Part shown: piece after piece, positions 21,601-30,437 of the stretch | Layout: each line of letters opens with the position of its first letter | Numbering within the stretch: the stretch's first letter is position 1 | NCBI GenBank assembly: GCA_963841435.1 | Contig: CAWJCS010000006.1 | Coordinates: 1,568,001-1,632,000 of the forward strand | Direction of reading: 5' to 3' | Source: an uncultured delta proteobacterium | GTDB taxonomy: Bacteria > Myxococcota_A > Polyangia > Polyangiales > Polyangiaceae | DNA: 64,000 nucleotides | Program-made: the position numbers and the translations under genes | Notes under the pieces: model-generated | Databases searched by the model: none | Seen by the model: the letters and a program-made list of their open reading frames with translations, nothing else | What the model was told of the DNA's origin: nothing

Positions 21601-22289
21601 CGCAGCTCATCGATCGCATGGGTCCAGTGAACCTCGACGCGCGCGCGGAGCACGAAACGGCAGAAAAGCGCTTCCACGAACTCAACGATCAGAAGGTCGA
21701 CATCGAGAATGCGCTCGCCGAGCTCGAGCAGGCCATTCGCCACATGAACAAGGAATCGCGCCGGCGCTTCCGCGAGACGTTCGAGTCGGTCAACGAGCTG
21801 TTCAAGAAGACCTTTGCTCGGTTGTTCCGTGGCGGGCGCGCCGAGCTCTTGCTCACCGACGCGGACGATCTGCTCGGCAGCGGCGTCGAGATCGTCGCTC
21901 AGCCGCCGGGCAAGAAGCTCGGCAACATCGAGCTCATGAGCGGCGGCGAGAAGGCGCTCACCGCCGTTTCGCTAATCTTCGCGATCTTCCAGCATCGCCC
22001 CTCGCCCTTCTGCGTGCTCGACGAGGTCGACGCGCCGCTCGATGAAGCGAACGTCGCTCGCTACAACGAGATGATCCGCGCGCTCACGACGCAGTCGCAG
22101 TTCGTGCTGATCACCCACGTGAAGAAGACGATGCAGTGCACCGACGTGCTCTACGGCGTGACCATGGGCGAGCCGGGCGTTTCGCGCCTCGTGAGCGTGA
22201 AGGTCAACGAGAACGCCGTGGCGCGCAGCGATGCGCTCTCGCAGGTGACACGCGAGCCCCCCGCATCCACGGGCGTTCAGGTCGCCTGA
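18654..22289 (+). CDS. smc: Chromosome segregation protein SMC
   Basis: GFKSF, GPNGCGKSN, long coiled coils and hinge, MSGGEKALTA, LDEVDAPLD. Confidence 0.98.
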   Translation: MHIKKLEIAGFKSFVDRTAIHFDHDVVGIVGPNGCGKSNIVDAIRWCLGEQSAKHLRGRAMEDVIFNGSESRGPHGLAEVTITFDNTNPEYAATLQPEYRDYPEIAITRRLFRDGTSEYLINKTQVRLRDVTELFLGTGVGTKAYSIVEQGRIGQIVSARPEDRRLFIDEAAGITRYKQRRKMAERKMDLTRQNLLRVTDIVGEIDRNRASLKRQVAKAERFLEYRRELEDLVLLDASHKLLELIVTERVSDEGHGTARAAHTAAKTELFEAEAVLDAARAEAAGIEAASDEAARRTFEADNEVSSLQAELERGRERLTHLDHRLMGGNLELESIVAKVQSLQAERAQISTRVQELGSDERAREADALSETEALTSLQAEEAKATAQVAELRKGEGELGARAAAEGARLDGIVQRRDEARTRRDRLTAEREKLDGERADSAARRQALERSVAELAEGKRLSASDLEGLERENESLRSRQLDSERAVDAAKNELSLKRNRLRALEDLQRRFEGVGAGARALLAKGDERVLGLVADRIEAPAELTAAVAGLLGTRLSCVVVSDRTGGLDLLAELRRGERGRAEILPLHPGYVAGGGRHAHLAGPGVLGPLVDRLSFADTDDALVRSLIGDAILVETAERAVELAESAPGVTAVALDGTVVHPDGVVSGGSGDDVASAMIEQKREMHELFSLVSRLDADATRLVAEHTALRARLAEVGTALERARQFVHEGELAQVTAEKDLSRAQGDIERVEARLAAVANELEEIDRTLSEGAAAEDQCRAGLDTLRAELGHATSALTRAEETAAVWRDKVAAQSTLVTERRVRLAQVREQAGAAKREVERIETSLAELEQRRTALEQELTDAAQAYGETAGLLVTTRERRGTAQEAARAEHELLEQARARLEATRRELTVKEAGLRLLRDALEQHDAVCKGHELELQRIGLERQHLLGSIRERFRGLDLRRVVGDYHARPMPDDEQRRRVEELTQLIDRMGPVNLDARAEHETAEKRFHELNDQKVDIENALAELEQAIRHMNKESRRRFRETFESVNELFKKTFARLFRGGRAELLLTDADDLLGSGVEIVAQPPGKKLGNIELMSGGEKALTAVSLIFAIFQHRPSPFCVLDEVDAPLDEANVARYNEMIRALTTQSQFVLITHVKKTMQCTDVLYGVTMGEPGVSRLVSVKVNENAVARSDALSQVTREPPASTGVQVA

Positions 22290-22338
22290 GGGCTCGCACA
22301 GGGCCGCGCACGGGCCGTTCGCTCTCGAGCCGCGCTGC

Positions 22339-23394
22339 TCAGCCGCACGTTGGGTCACCGAGGCCGTCGAAGCTGTCGGTGGGCAAGCAGATCCACTCCG
22401 CGTCGGGGTCGAACGCATCGTCGCCATTCTGGTCACCTGCCTCCACGCCGCAGCGCCGGCGCAGGGTCGCGTTCTGCGTCGTGCACGCCGCACCGGCCCA
22501 GGCGGCTCCGGGGTCGAATCCAACTTGGCCGATCACGTCGATGAGCTCGCCGTCACATTCGAGCGCCACGGCGTCGTTGCCGTTGTAGCCGAGGTTGGTC
22601 GTGCGGTCGCAGACGGCGCCGAGCACTTCGCCGAGCGCCGAGGAGCACAGCGTGTACACCGAGGATCCCGCGACGGGGCCGCTCAACCCGAGCGCAGCGC
22701 CGGACGCCGCCCCGTTCGAGAAAGTGAGCAGCCGACAGCCGTCGAGGGTGCTGTCCTCGCGCGCGAAGAGCTCGAGCGCCTTGTAGCTGCCCGATCCCTC
22801 CACGTATTCGCTGATCCAGAAGGCGTGCACGGGGGGCGCCGGGGCATCACCCGCGGTGCCGCCCGTGGGCGGCTGTTCTCCCGCACCGCCGCCACCCTGG
22901 CCGCCCGGCGTAGGCGAATCACCCGAGCCGCCGCCCGACTCTGGCTCGGGCGAGGCGCCGCCGCGACCCGCCGAAGAGCTCGCGCCCGCGTCGCCCGAGC
23001 CTTTTGTGCTGGCGGCGCTGCCCGCGCTGCCGGCATTGCCGGCACTGGCCCTCCCGCCGCCGAGGCCACCCGCACCCGGCGACTCGGACGTGGAGCCCAT
23101 GACGCCGCCCTCACCTACCTCGTCATCGCCGCTCGCGCCGCTCTCGCTCGTCGTGCTCGACGCCGAGCTGCTCTTCCCGCCAAAAGCAGGAGCGTCCATC
23201 GCGGCGCCGGTCGCACCGCCGGCGGGAGCGATATCGCTGCCCTGCCCCGCGCCGCCGGCGTTGAAGCTGTAGCCGCCCTGCCCCGCCATGGGCGGTGTCG
23301 GGCCGGTCGTGAAGTCGTTCGGATCGAGACCGCTACAAGCGGCGACGCACACCACGGCGCACGCGCCGAGCTTGCTTCGAAGAGTCGAGGCCAT
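22339..23394 (-). CDS. Lipoprotein with Gly/Ser-rich linker and C-terminal lamin-tail-like domain
   Basis: Lipobox VAAC; ISEYVEGSGSYKALELF, NGNDAVAL, IDVIGQVGFDPG, NATLRR resemble the LTD of ExeM/NucH-type nucleases. Confidence 0.75.
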   Translation of the reverse strand: MASTLRSKLGACAVVCVAACSGLDPNDFTTGPTPPMAGQGGYSFNAGGAGQGSDIAPAGGATGAAMDAPAFGGKSSSASSTTSESGASGDDEVGEGGVMGSTSESPGAGGLGGGRASAGNAGSAGSAASTKGSGDAGASSSAGRGGASPEPESGGGSGDSPTPGGQGGGGAGEQPPTGGTAGDAPAPPVHAFWISEYVEGSGSYKALELFAREDSTLDGCRLLTFSNGAASGAALGLSGPVAGSSVYTLCSSALGEVLGAVCDRTTNLGYNGNDAVALECDGELIDVIGQVGFDPGAAWAGAACTTQNATLRRRCGVEAGDQNGDDAFDPDAEWICLPTDSFDGLGDPTCG

Positions 23395-23533
23395 GAAGCC
23401 CCCATCGGACGCGCGTCACGCCGGTTGCGTCCGCCCCCTTCCCTTCCGGCGCGGGAGTTTCGCCGTATCGGCCGTGCCGAGACGCGACGGGACCGATCGA
23501 GCACTGCTACTGCGGAAGACGAGCGGAGTAGCG

Positions 23534-24763
23534 TCAGAGGCACTTCGGAAACTGCATGCCGGTATCCTGATTCTGCGTGCCGGAGTTGAGCTCGACCGTG
23601 ATGGAGCGGTCCGCGCGATCGGTGAGGTTCAACGTCGCCGGGGTGCTGATGGCGCCGCCGACGTGCCAGGCGCCGTACGACGTACGCGTCGCCATCTGCC
23701 CGTTCACGCTGACGCTCTTGATTGCCGTCACGCCGTTCTCGACGAAGAACTCGTTGTTGTTGCCCTGCTTGAAGCGGACCTGCACGTTGCCCATCACGGG
23801 ACAGGGTACGAAACGCCAGCTCGTGTTGCGCGGGTCGCCGACGCTGAAGCCGAGCTGGTTGAACGCGGGGCGGCTGACGTCGAGAGCGCCGCCTGGGTTC
23901 TGGTCGCAGATCTGGTTGTAGTTCTGGGGACACTCGTCGACGACCGTGGCGACGACCTTTTGGCCGTTCTGCCCGGTGAGCTCGACGCACGCGCCGCAGT
24001 ACTCCGCGGAGGTGAAGTTTTCGGGCGTGGGACCCGGGATGGCCACGAAGTATTGCGGGTTCGCGATGTTCTCGACGCGGTCCGAGTCCTGACCACCGCT
24101 CTCGGTGCCGAAGTAGCCGCAGGCCGTGCGAAAGCCACCGCTCTCCGGCGCCGTCCCCTGTCCGAAATAATACCAGGTGAAGGACCCGTCGCCGTTGTGC
24201 TGGCCCCCGATGTTGCACGCGGTGGCACCTGCCTGGCCGGACCCACCCTGCCCGCCGGCGCCGCCCTTGCCGGAGGCCCCGCTCGCACCACCCTTACCCG
24301 CGGCCCCGCTGCCGCCACCCACGCCGGAGCCGCCGCCGCCCCCCAGTCCCGCACCACCAAGGCCCGAGGCGCCGGAAACGCCGCCCGCGCCCGCGCCACT
24401 CGCGCCCGCGCCGCCCGCGCCGGACGTTCCGCCGCTGAGTCCAGCGCCGCCACCCGAGCCTCCGGCACCGGTTCCGGATGAGCCACCCGTCGACGCGACG
24501 CCAGCCGTACCACTCGTCGCGCCCTGATCCCCCGCGCTGCCCGACGAGCCGGCGACGCCGGCACCACCGGCGAGCGCTCCGGCGCTGCCAGCCATCGCGG
24601 TCGGCGCTCGGTCTTCGCTCGAGCCATCGACGCAGGCGACGACGGCGGCGGCCCCCGAGAGGGCGAGGACGAGGACGCCCCCACGGCGGCCTGATCGATT
24701 CGGCAAGGTCAAGAATGCTCCTTGGTTTTTCGATTCGTTAGCGGATTGCCTCGCTCGCGGCAA
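23534..24763 (-). CDS. Expansin-like (EXLX) lipoprotein with Gly-rich linker; start uncertain
   Basis: TWY..ACG, CGACVELTG, VVDECP, LDVSRPAF, WRFVPCPVMGNV (DPBB plus CBM63-like); lipobox VVAC. Confidence 0.85.
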   Translation of the reverse strand: MPRARQSANESKNQGAFLTLPNRSGRRGGVLVLALSGAAAVVACVDGSSEDRAPTAMAGSAGALAGGAGVAGSSGSAGDQGATSGTAGVASTGGSSGTGAGGSGGGAGLSGGTSGAGGAGASGAGAGGVSGASGLGGAGLGGGGGSGVGGGSGAAGKGGASGASGKGGAGGQGGSGQAGATACNIGGQHNGDGSFTWYYFGQGTAPESGGFRTACGYFGTESGGQDSDRVENIANPQYFVAIPGPTPENFTSAEYCGACVELTGQNGQKVVATVVDECPQNYNQICDQNPGGALDVSRPAFNQLGFSVGDPRNTSWRFVPCPVMGNVQVRFKQGNNNEFFVENGVTAIKSVSVNGQMATRTSYGAWHVGGAISTPATLNLTDRADRSITVELNSGTQNQDTGMQFPKCL

Positions 24764-24793
24764 CCTTGGGTGCCCTCGGAGGCGAGAACCCCG

Positions 24794-25894
24794 TCAGCGG
24801 ATCTTCACGGTGCGCTTCAACGTGACCGGGCTCCCCGAAAACTCGGGCACACGTGCGTCGCTGAGGCGAGCGATGACGCAGCGTCCCGCCTTGGTGCCAG
24901 CGTAGCGCGGGGTCGTCACGGTCACCTCCGAGACCTTACCGCTCGGAGCGAACGTCACGTTGACGGACGCGCTGCTCGGATCCCCCCGGCCCCGACACCC
25001 CTTGGTACGCGCTGCCGCGCGATCGATCGCAGCGCGCGCCGCCTTGGAGCTGAAGGCGGCCTTACCGCTCTTTGGGCTCTCGGCAGGCTTGGCCGCGGGC
25101 GACGGCTTCGCGGGGCTCGCCTTGTCGGCAACGCCCGCTGTCGCGCCGGGCTTCGAGGGCTCGGCCTTCGCGGCAGTCGCCTTGTCGGACTTGGCGGACT
25201 CGGTGGGACCTGCGGTCCAGCGCCCGCACAGCAACCCGACGACGAAGGTGACGACCATCGCGCCGGCGCCGATGCCAAGCCACGCGCCGCTCGGGCGCGA
25301 TGCTCTTAGGCGAGCCAGCGCACTCGGGCGTGGCTCGGGTGGCACTCCGGCGACGGGTGCGATGAACTCAGCCGGTGCCGCCCCGGCCGGCATGGCCGAG
25401 ACCGCCTCCTCGGGCACCTGCGGGAACGCGGGGGGGGGTGGCGGTGGCCCTGGAATCGGGGGTGGAGGTCGGGCCGGAAGCGGCGGCGGGGGCGGAAAAT
25501 CCGCCACGGTCGGAGCCGTCGCCATAGGCGCTGCTCCCATGACGAGCGTGCCTCCAGCACCGACGGGAGGCGATGCGGGGGCGCTCCCCGCCGCCGGGCC
25601 CGAAGCGCCAGAAGCCCCAGTTGGGAGGATGGGCGGTGGCGCGCTGGAAGGGCGCGGCGCACTGACGGGGACGCCAGGCGCTACGAGCACCGGGCGCGGG
25701 GGCGGTGCGGGTGGCGCCGGGAACGGCGGCGGCGCCGGCGGTGCGGGGGCAGGCACGCCCGGAAAGGCGAGAGGACCCGGGATGGGAGCCACAGGCGGGG
25801 CGTCGCTCCATCCGTGGTCGGCGGCGTCGTGCTCGCTGCCGTTGGTCGCAGGAGGGGCCTGCGCTGCGCTCCGATCCTCGTCCGAGACCGACAT
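24794..25894 (-). CDS. Pro-rich single-TM protein with a TonB-C/AgmX-PglI-like C-terminal domain
   Basis: From MSVSDEDR: Pro-rich region, TM helix, then C..G...VTFAPSGKVSEV...AGRCV...VPEFSG. Confidence 0.7.
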   Translation of the reverse strand: MSVSDEDRSAAQAPPATNGSEHDAADHGWSDAPPVAPIPGPLAFPGVPAPAPPAPPPFPAPPAPPPRPVLVAPGVPVSAPRPSSAPPPILPTGASGASGPAAGSAPASPPVGAGGTLVMGAAPMATAPTVADFPPPPPLPARPPPPIPGPPPPPPAFPQVPEEAVSAMPAGAAPAEFIAPVAGVPPEPRPSALARLRASRPSGAWLGIGAGAMVVTFVVGLLCGRWTAGPTESAKSDKATAAKAEPSKPGATAGVADKASPAKPSPAAKPAESPKSGKAAFSSKAARAAIDRAAARTKGCRGRGDPSSASVNVTFAPSGKVSEVTVTTPRYAGTKAGRCVIARLSDARVPEFSGSPVTLKRTVKIR

Positions 25895-26098
25895 GCCGGT
25901 AGCGTAGACCCTGAGTGGCCGGCATGGGAAACCGTGCCCGGCGCGTGCGGCCACGGGCGGGTGTCCGCGCGAATTTTCGCACGGATCTCCCACGGATTGG
26001 GGGCGATGCGGTCCGGAGCGGTCACGGCGGGGCATGCTAGCGTGCCGCCGCCCGGCGCCGGGGATCCCCGAGCCCGAGCCGGGAAACCAGGAGCGAGC

Positions 26099-26761
26099 AT
26101 GCAAGACCCGGCCGAACCCCGAGCCTACCGCGCCGTCTTCGGTTGCGGCTCTCAGGCGCGCTACGTGATCGACAATCTGAGATCGCAAGGCCCTGACGAG
26201 TTGCTCGGCCTCGTCAACCTCGAGAGTGGCGGCGCCGTCGGCCGTGTCTTCAACGGCGTCGAGGTGAAGTGGAAGCTCGACGACGCGCTTTCCGCGCTCG
26301 ATCCGACGAGCGTCGAAGTGATCGTCGCGCACGGCAAAAATGCGATCCGCCGCCGCATCGTGGGAGAGCTCACCGCCCGAGGCTTCCGGTTCTTTAGCGC
26401 CATTCACGCACGCGCCGTCGTTTCCCCGAGCGCGACGCTGGGCATCGGGTGCATCGTCAATGCAGGCGCCGTCCTCATGCCGAACTGCACGCTCGAACCT
26501 CATGTCATCGTTCATTCGGGCTGCGTGATCGAGCACGACTGCGTGCTCGGCGAGCGTTCCAACGTCGCGCCGGGCGTTCATCTCGCGGGGCGCGTCAGGA
26601 TTGGCCAGGATGCGTACGTCTACACGGGGGCCTCCATCATCCCGGACGTCAAGATCGGGACCGGAGCCATCGTCGGTGCCGGCGCAGTCGTGCTGCACGA
26701 CGTGCCGGACGGCGCCTGCGTCGTGGGCAACCCGGCGCGGCCCCTCGAGCGCAAGGGCTGA
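26099..26761 (+). CDS. NeuD/PglD-family sugar acetyltransferase (hexapeptide repeats)
   Basis: VFGCGSQA, AIHARAVVS, IEHDC, GAGAVV..DVP...VVGNPAR. Confidence 0.9.
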   Translation: MQDPAEPRAYRAVFGCGSQARYVIDNLRSQGPDELLGLVNLESGGAVGRVFNGVEVKWKLDDALSALDPTSVEVIVAHGKNAIRRRIVGELTARGFRFFSAIHARAVVSPSATLGIGCIVNAGAVLMPNCTLEPHVIVHSGCVIEHDCVLGERSNVAPGVHLAGRVRIGQDAYVYTGASIIPDVKIGTGAIVGAGAVVLHDVPDGACVVGNPARPLERKG

Positions 26762-26825
26762 CGAAACGCTCCGGCGCGGGCAAAGGATCGAGCTGAAAGA
26801 AGGCTCCGGCCGCCGGGGCCGTAGG

Positions 26826-27783
26826 ATGATCCGCATGCTGCGATCCGCGGTCGTCCTGTCGAGCTGCCTCGTCACCGCCGCTTGCTCGACGCTGGCGATC
26901 GTACCGGATCCGCGTGTCGCCGAGCGCGGGCGGCAGGGGGACGCCGACAGCGCCGTCGCCGTGCTGAACGACACCACGATCTGCGCCGTGACGATCCGCG
27001 ACCCGAGCGGGACGCTGCACGACGCGGAGCTACGGGACGACGGGCCGAGAGCGCTCGACCTGCGCCGTGTCGTCTCGAAGGGCCCATGGCGAATCCACAA
27101 CTCGGGCTACCCGTCGGCGCGGATCTCCGTGCTTGCCATGCCGCCGGGTCGCTACGAGCTCGTCGCCTACGAGTTGAACGGACGATTGGTCCGAAGTCGG
27201 CGCGGTCAACGGCGGGAGCCGCGGCGTCACGCATTGCAACGGCGCCGGGCGACATCGGGTTCGCCTACCGTTCCGCATCGCGGGCGGTGAGGTCACGCTG
27301 CTCGGGGTCCCCGGAGGCCCCGTCGGCTACGACGAGCTGTCGCAGATCCACGCCGCGCTGTACGACCCCGACGTGCGCGCGGCGGTCAGCAGCTGGCTGC
27401 CGTTCGTTCAGGCGGCCGGCAAGGCGCGCTTCCACGAGCTTACCCTGGCTCAACGGCAGCTTCGCTCGGGCTACGAGGTGTACCCGAGCTGCGACCACAA
27501 GACCGCCGTGGTGCGGCATCGGGGCAAGCCCTTCCCCTGGTACGCGGACCCCGACGACGCGTCGCTGCGAGATGGATTCCGCTACAGAGCCCGACCGCCA
27601 GTGGGCTCGGTGCACGCCACGGGCTTCGGCGCGGGTTGCGTATTCGGGCTGTCGTTCGTGGTGATGATGTCCGACCGACGGGAGCTAGAGCAGGCCGTGC
27701 GTGCCGTGGGCGAATTCTTGGTGCACGAGGACCTCGCGGGCGAGATCGATCTCGTAGTGAGCGGGGTGCCGACGCCTCTCTAG
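26826..27783 (+). CDS. Hypothetical lipoprotein; +1 frameshift near 27180
   Basis: Lipobox VTAAC; reads ...YELN then, after removing one G, DDWSEVGAVNG... open through ORF 27373..27783. Confidence 0.6.
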
Positions 27784-27802
27784 GGTGCCCGCGGAGTGAG
27801 GG

Positions 27803-28015
27803 TCAGCGCGGCACGAGCAGCTGGCTCGCGAAATGCAGCGCCCAGCCCAGATAGCCGACGACGGTGCCCGCGACCGCGAGCGTCCAGACGCGACCTATGG
27901 GGCGCGCGCCGAGTCGCGCGAGGGCGCGCTCGCGCACGCGCGCCGAGAGCTCGAGCGGCAGCTCATCTCGTTCGAGCTCCGAAAGCCTCGAAAAAACCGC
28001 ATCGTGCTCGTTCAT
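27803..28015 (-). CDS. Small single-TM putative anti-sigma factor
   Basis: 70 aa, start overlaps the ECF sigma stop, C-terminal TM helix. Confidence 0.65.
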   Translation of the reverse strand: MNEHDAVFSRLSELERDELPLELSARVRERALARLGARPIGRVWTLAVAGTVVGYLGWALHFASQLLVPR

Positions 28016-28575
28016 GCGGGCCTCCCGCGTCGCGCCGAGTCCATTTCGGAGGGGGCGCGCTCGAGCTCACTCAGGAGCCGCGAGCGCGCGCGCGCAATCC
28101 GCTGGCGCAGCGTGACCGGATCGATGCTCAGCATGCCGGCAACAGTCGCTCGATCGAGCCCTTCGACGCCGACGAGGAGCAAGAGCTCGCGATCTTCCGG
28201 ACGCAGTGCTGCGAGCGCGCGCTCGACGTCACCCATGAGGAGGCGCGCCTCGACGTCGCTCGATGGGCTCGAGAGCGCCTCGAGCGCCTCGGGTGGACCT
28301 GCCTCGGGCAGCGAGCGCAAGAAGTCGTAGTAGGCGTTCCTCGCCACGGCGAAGAGCCAGGCTCCGAGGTCCGAGTCGGGTCGAAGGTCGGGGCCGCGCT
28401 CGGCGAGACGCAAGAACGCCTGCTGGAACAGGTCGTCGGCAAGCTCGCGCCTGCCGGAGAGGCGCCTCAAGAACCCGTGGAGGCGCGCCGCGTAAGCCTG
28501 GTACGCGAGGTCGAAACCCCGGCTGTCCCGGAGTCGGAGCAGGCGCACGGCTTCTCGGTCACGGTGCGCCGCCAT
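28012..28575 (-). CDS. ECF RNA polymerase sigma factor
   Basis: ADDLFQQAFLR, AWLFAVARNAYYDFLR (region 2), LRPEDRELLLL...TLRQRIARAR (region 4). Confidence 0.92.
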   Translation of the reverse strand: MAAHRDREAVRLLRLRDSRGFDLAYQAYAARLHGFLRRLSGRRELADDLFQQAFLRLAERGPDLRPDSDLGAWLFAVARNAYYDFLRSLPEAGPPEALEALSSPSSDVEARLLMGDVERALAALRPEDRELLLLVGVEGLDRATVAGMLSIDPVTLRQRIARARSRLLSELERAPSEMDSARRGRPA

Positions 28576-28585
28576 GCTCGATGGA

Positions 28586-28641
28586 TAACGCACGCCGGCC
28601 CGCTGCGTGACACCTGTCACGCACGCGGCCCTACGACGTTA
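28586..28641. promoter_or_regulatory. Back-to-back divergent ECF-type promoters
   Basis: Plus strand TGTCAC(28615-20)-N16-CGTTA(28637-41); minus strand TGTCAC(28612-07)-N16-CGTTA(28590-86). Confidence 0.75.
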
Positions 28642-28662
28642 CCGATAGTCGGAGGCAAGGCC

Positions 28663-29019
28663 ATGCTCGAGTTCTTCCAAGAGGGCGGTTTTTCGATGTT
28701 TTTCCTTTTGGGCTTCGGGGTCTTCACCCTGGTGCTCGCGGTCCGCTACGCGCGGGTCCCGACCCGCGTGCGCTTTCGCACGACCCTGGGGCTCGCGGCG
28801 GCCACGGGCTTCGCAACGCTGACGAGCGTGCTGGCCAACGTCGCCGCCGTGGGGCATCACGCGTCCGAGTTTCTCGAAAGGCACCGGGAAATGACGCTCC
28901 CCGAGGTGCTGCTGCAGGGCGTCGCGGAGTCGATGGCACCGGGCATTCTCGGCTTCACGCTGCTCGCGCTCGCGGCGGTCGTCGTTACGGTCGGGATCTA
29001 CCGGGAGCCGCTCGCATGA
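28663..29019 (+). CDS. Small 3-TM protein resembling a minimal MotA/TolQ/ExbB
   Basis: GGAGG RBS; MLEFFQEGGFSM N-terminus and LQGVAESMAPGILG echo ExbB/TolQ TM motifs; 118 aa. Confidence 0.65.
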   Translation: MLEFFQEGGFSMFFLLGFGVFTLVLAVRYARVPTRVRFRTTLGLAAATGFATLTSVLANVAAVGHHASEFLERHREMTLPEVLLQGVAESMAPGILGFTLLALAAVVVTVGIYREPLA

Positions 29020-29382
29020 GGTTCGTCATCGAGGACCTCGTTGGACGCTACGCCCTCGTTCTCACCGAAGCGCTTCGCGAGCATATCGAGCGATACTTCG
29101 TCGGGCCGGCGCCCGACACGGACAAAGACCGCATTCGTTCCCAGGCGCTCGAGGAAAGTCGGAACGTCGGTCGTCGAGATCACGCCAGACGGCAGCTTCG
29201 TCTCGCGCTCGGGCGACACCGTCCACGCCCGTGTCACCTTGCCTCCGACGCAAGAAAGCGTGGAAGCGCTCCGGTTCGAGAAAGCGCCCGGTGCCCCCGT
29301 CTGCTTGCGGCTCGACGACAGGGACACGCTCGTCGCCGAGCAACCGGGGAAGCCAGTGGCGCAATTTCGCCGCCTGCGCTGA
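29016..29382 (+). CDS. Hypothetical protein; probable +1 frameshift near 29156
   Basis: ATGA overlap with the upstream gene; ...QALEE joins VGTSVVEITPDG... (ORF 29041..29382) after removing one A. Confidence 0.55.
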
Positions 29383-29681
29383 CAGCCCGGGCTTCGCGAG
29401 CGCACGATGCTCGCTCGAGCACCGTTTGACGCTGCGCGCAAACACCCGTACGAAGTGCCGATCTGTCGCCAGACGTGGGCGATCAACTGCGCAAGTGGCA
29501 CGCCCACTTTGACGGCCTGTGTGGGTGACATGGCCCGATGCACGACGTCCGCTTCCTTTCCTTCGCGCGGCCAGTCGCGCTCTTCGCCGCACGTTCGTCG
29601 GCGCCCGGCGAGGGAGCGCGCCATGCGAAGCTTGCCGACGAAGGACCCGCTGCGACCGGAGTGCTATGCTGCTCTCGTCGC

Positions 29682-30437
29682 ATGCGGCGAGGTCGGATCG
29701 GTGTGTGGGTGGGTGCGTCGGCGCTCTTTGCTGCCTGTGGTGGAGTGTCTAGAGAAGCGCACGAGTCCGTATCGCCGGGGGGTGCCGGGTCCGGCGGGGG
29801 CGCCACGGCGGGCAAGACCGCGGCGGGCGTGGGTGGTGCGCCGACGGGGGGCGCCTCGGCCGGGGCTTCTACGGCGGGTTCGAGCGCCGGCGCGAGTGCG
29901 GCAAGCGGCGCAGGCGGCCTGACAGGGGTTTCCGGGACCTCGCCGGCGAGCGGCGGCTCGGGGATGGGCGGCGCGGGCGGCCGTGACCTGCCGGGTGCGG
30001 GCGTCGGCGGTGAGCCGTCCGGTGGCGCCGCCGGCGAGGGCGGCGCGGGCGGCGGGGACGCGATCGCCTACACCGCGGTCGTCACCAATCCGATCGACTG
30101 CTGCGACATCGTGCTCGTGACCCGGGCCGACCCCACCACCTCGACCTGCGTCTTCTTCGAGGTGGCCGTCGTAGGACCGGGAGCGGTGGAGCCGCCGCTG
30201 GCGGTGTTCGCGTTCCCCGGCGTCGAGCACTGCTGCGCAAACGACCCGCTGCTCGCTACGATTTGCGGCGGCGATGCCGGCTGCCCGCGGGCGACGAGCG
30301 TGAGCGGGACGATCGCGGTCAACGCCAACGGTTTGGACATCGACCTCGCTCTCTCGTTCGAGCCGAGCGCCTGGCTCCCCGCGTCGATCGAGTTTCGCAC
30401 CGAGGATCTCGCGTCCTCGGCTTGTCCAAATCAGTGA
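29682..30437 (+). CDS. Lipoprotein with Gly-rich linker and Cys-rich C-terminal domain
   Basis: MRRGRIGVWVGASALFAAC lipobox; about 100 aa G/A/S linker; Cys-rich domain. Confidence 0.65.
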   Translation: MRRGRIGVWVGASALFAACGGVSREAHESVSPGGAGSGGGATAGKTAAGVGGAPTGGASAGASTAGSSAGASAASGAGGLTGVSGTSPASGGSGMGGAGGRDLPGAGVGGEPSGGAAGEGGAGGGDAIAYTAVVTNPIDCCDIVLVTRADPTTSTCVFFEVAVVGPGAVEPPLAVFAFPGVEHCCANDPLLATICGGDAGCPRATSVSGTIAVNANGLDIDLALSFEPSAWLPASIEFRTEDLASSACPNQ

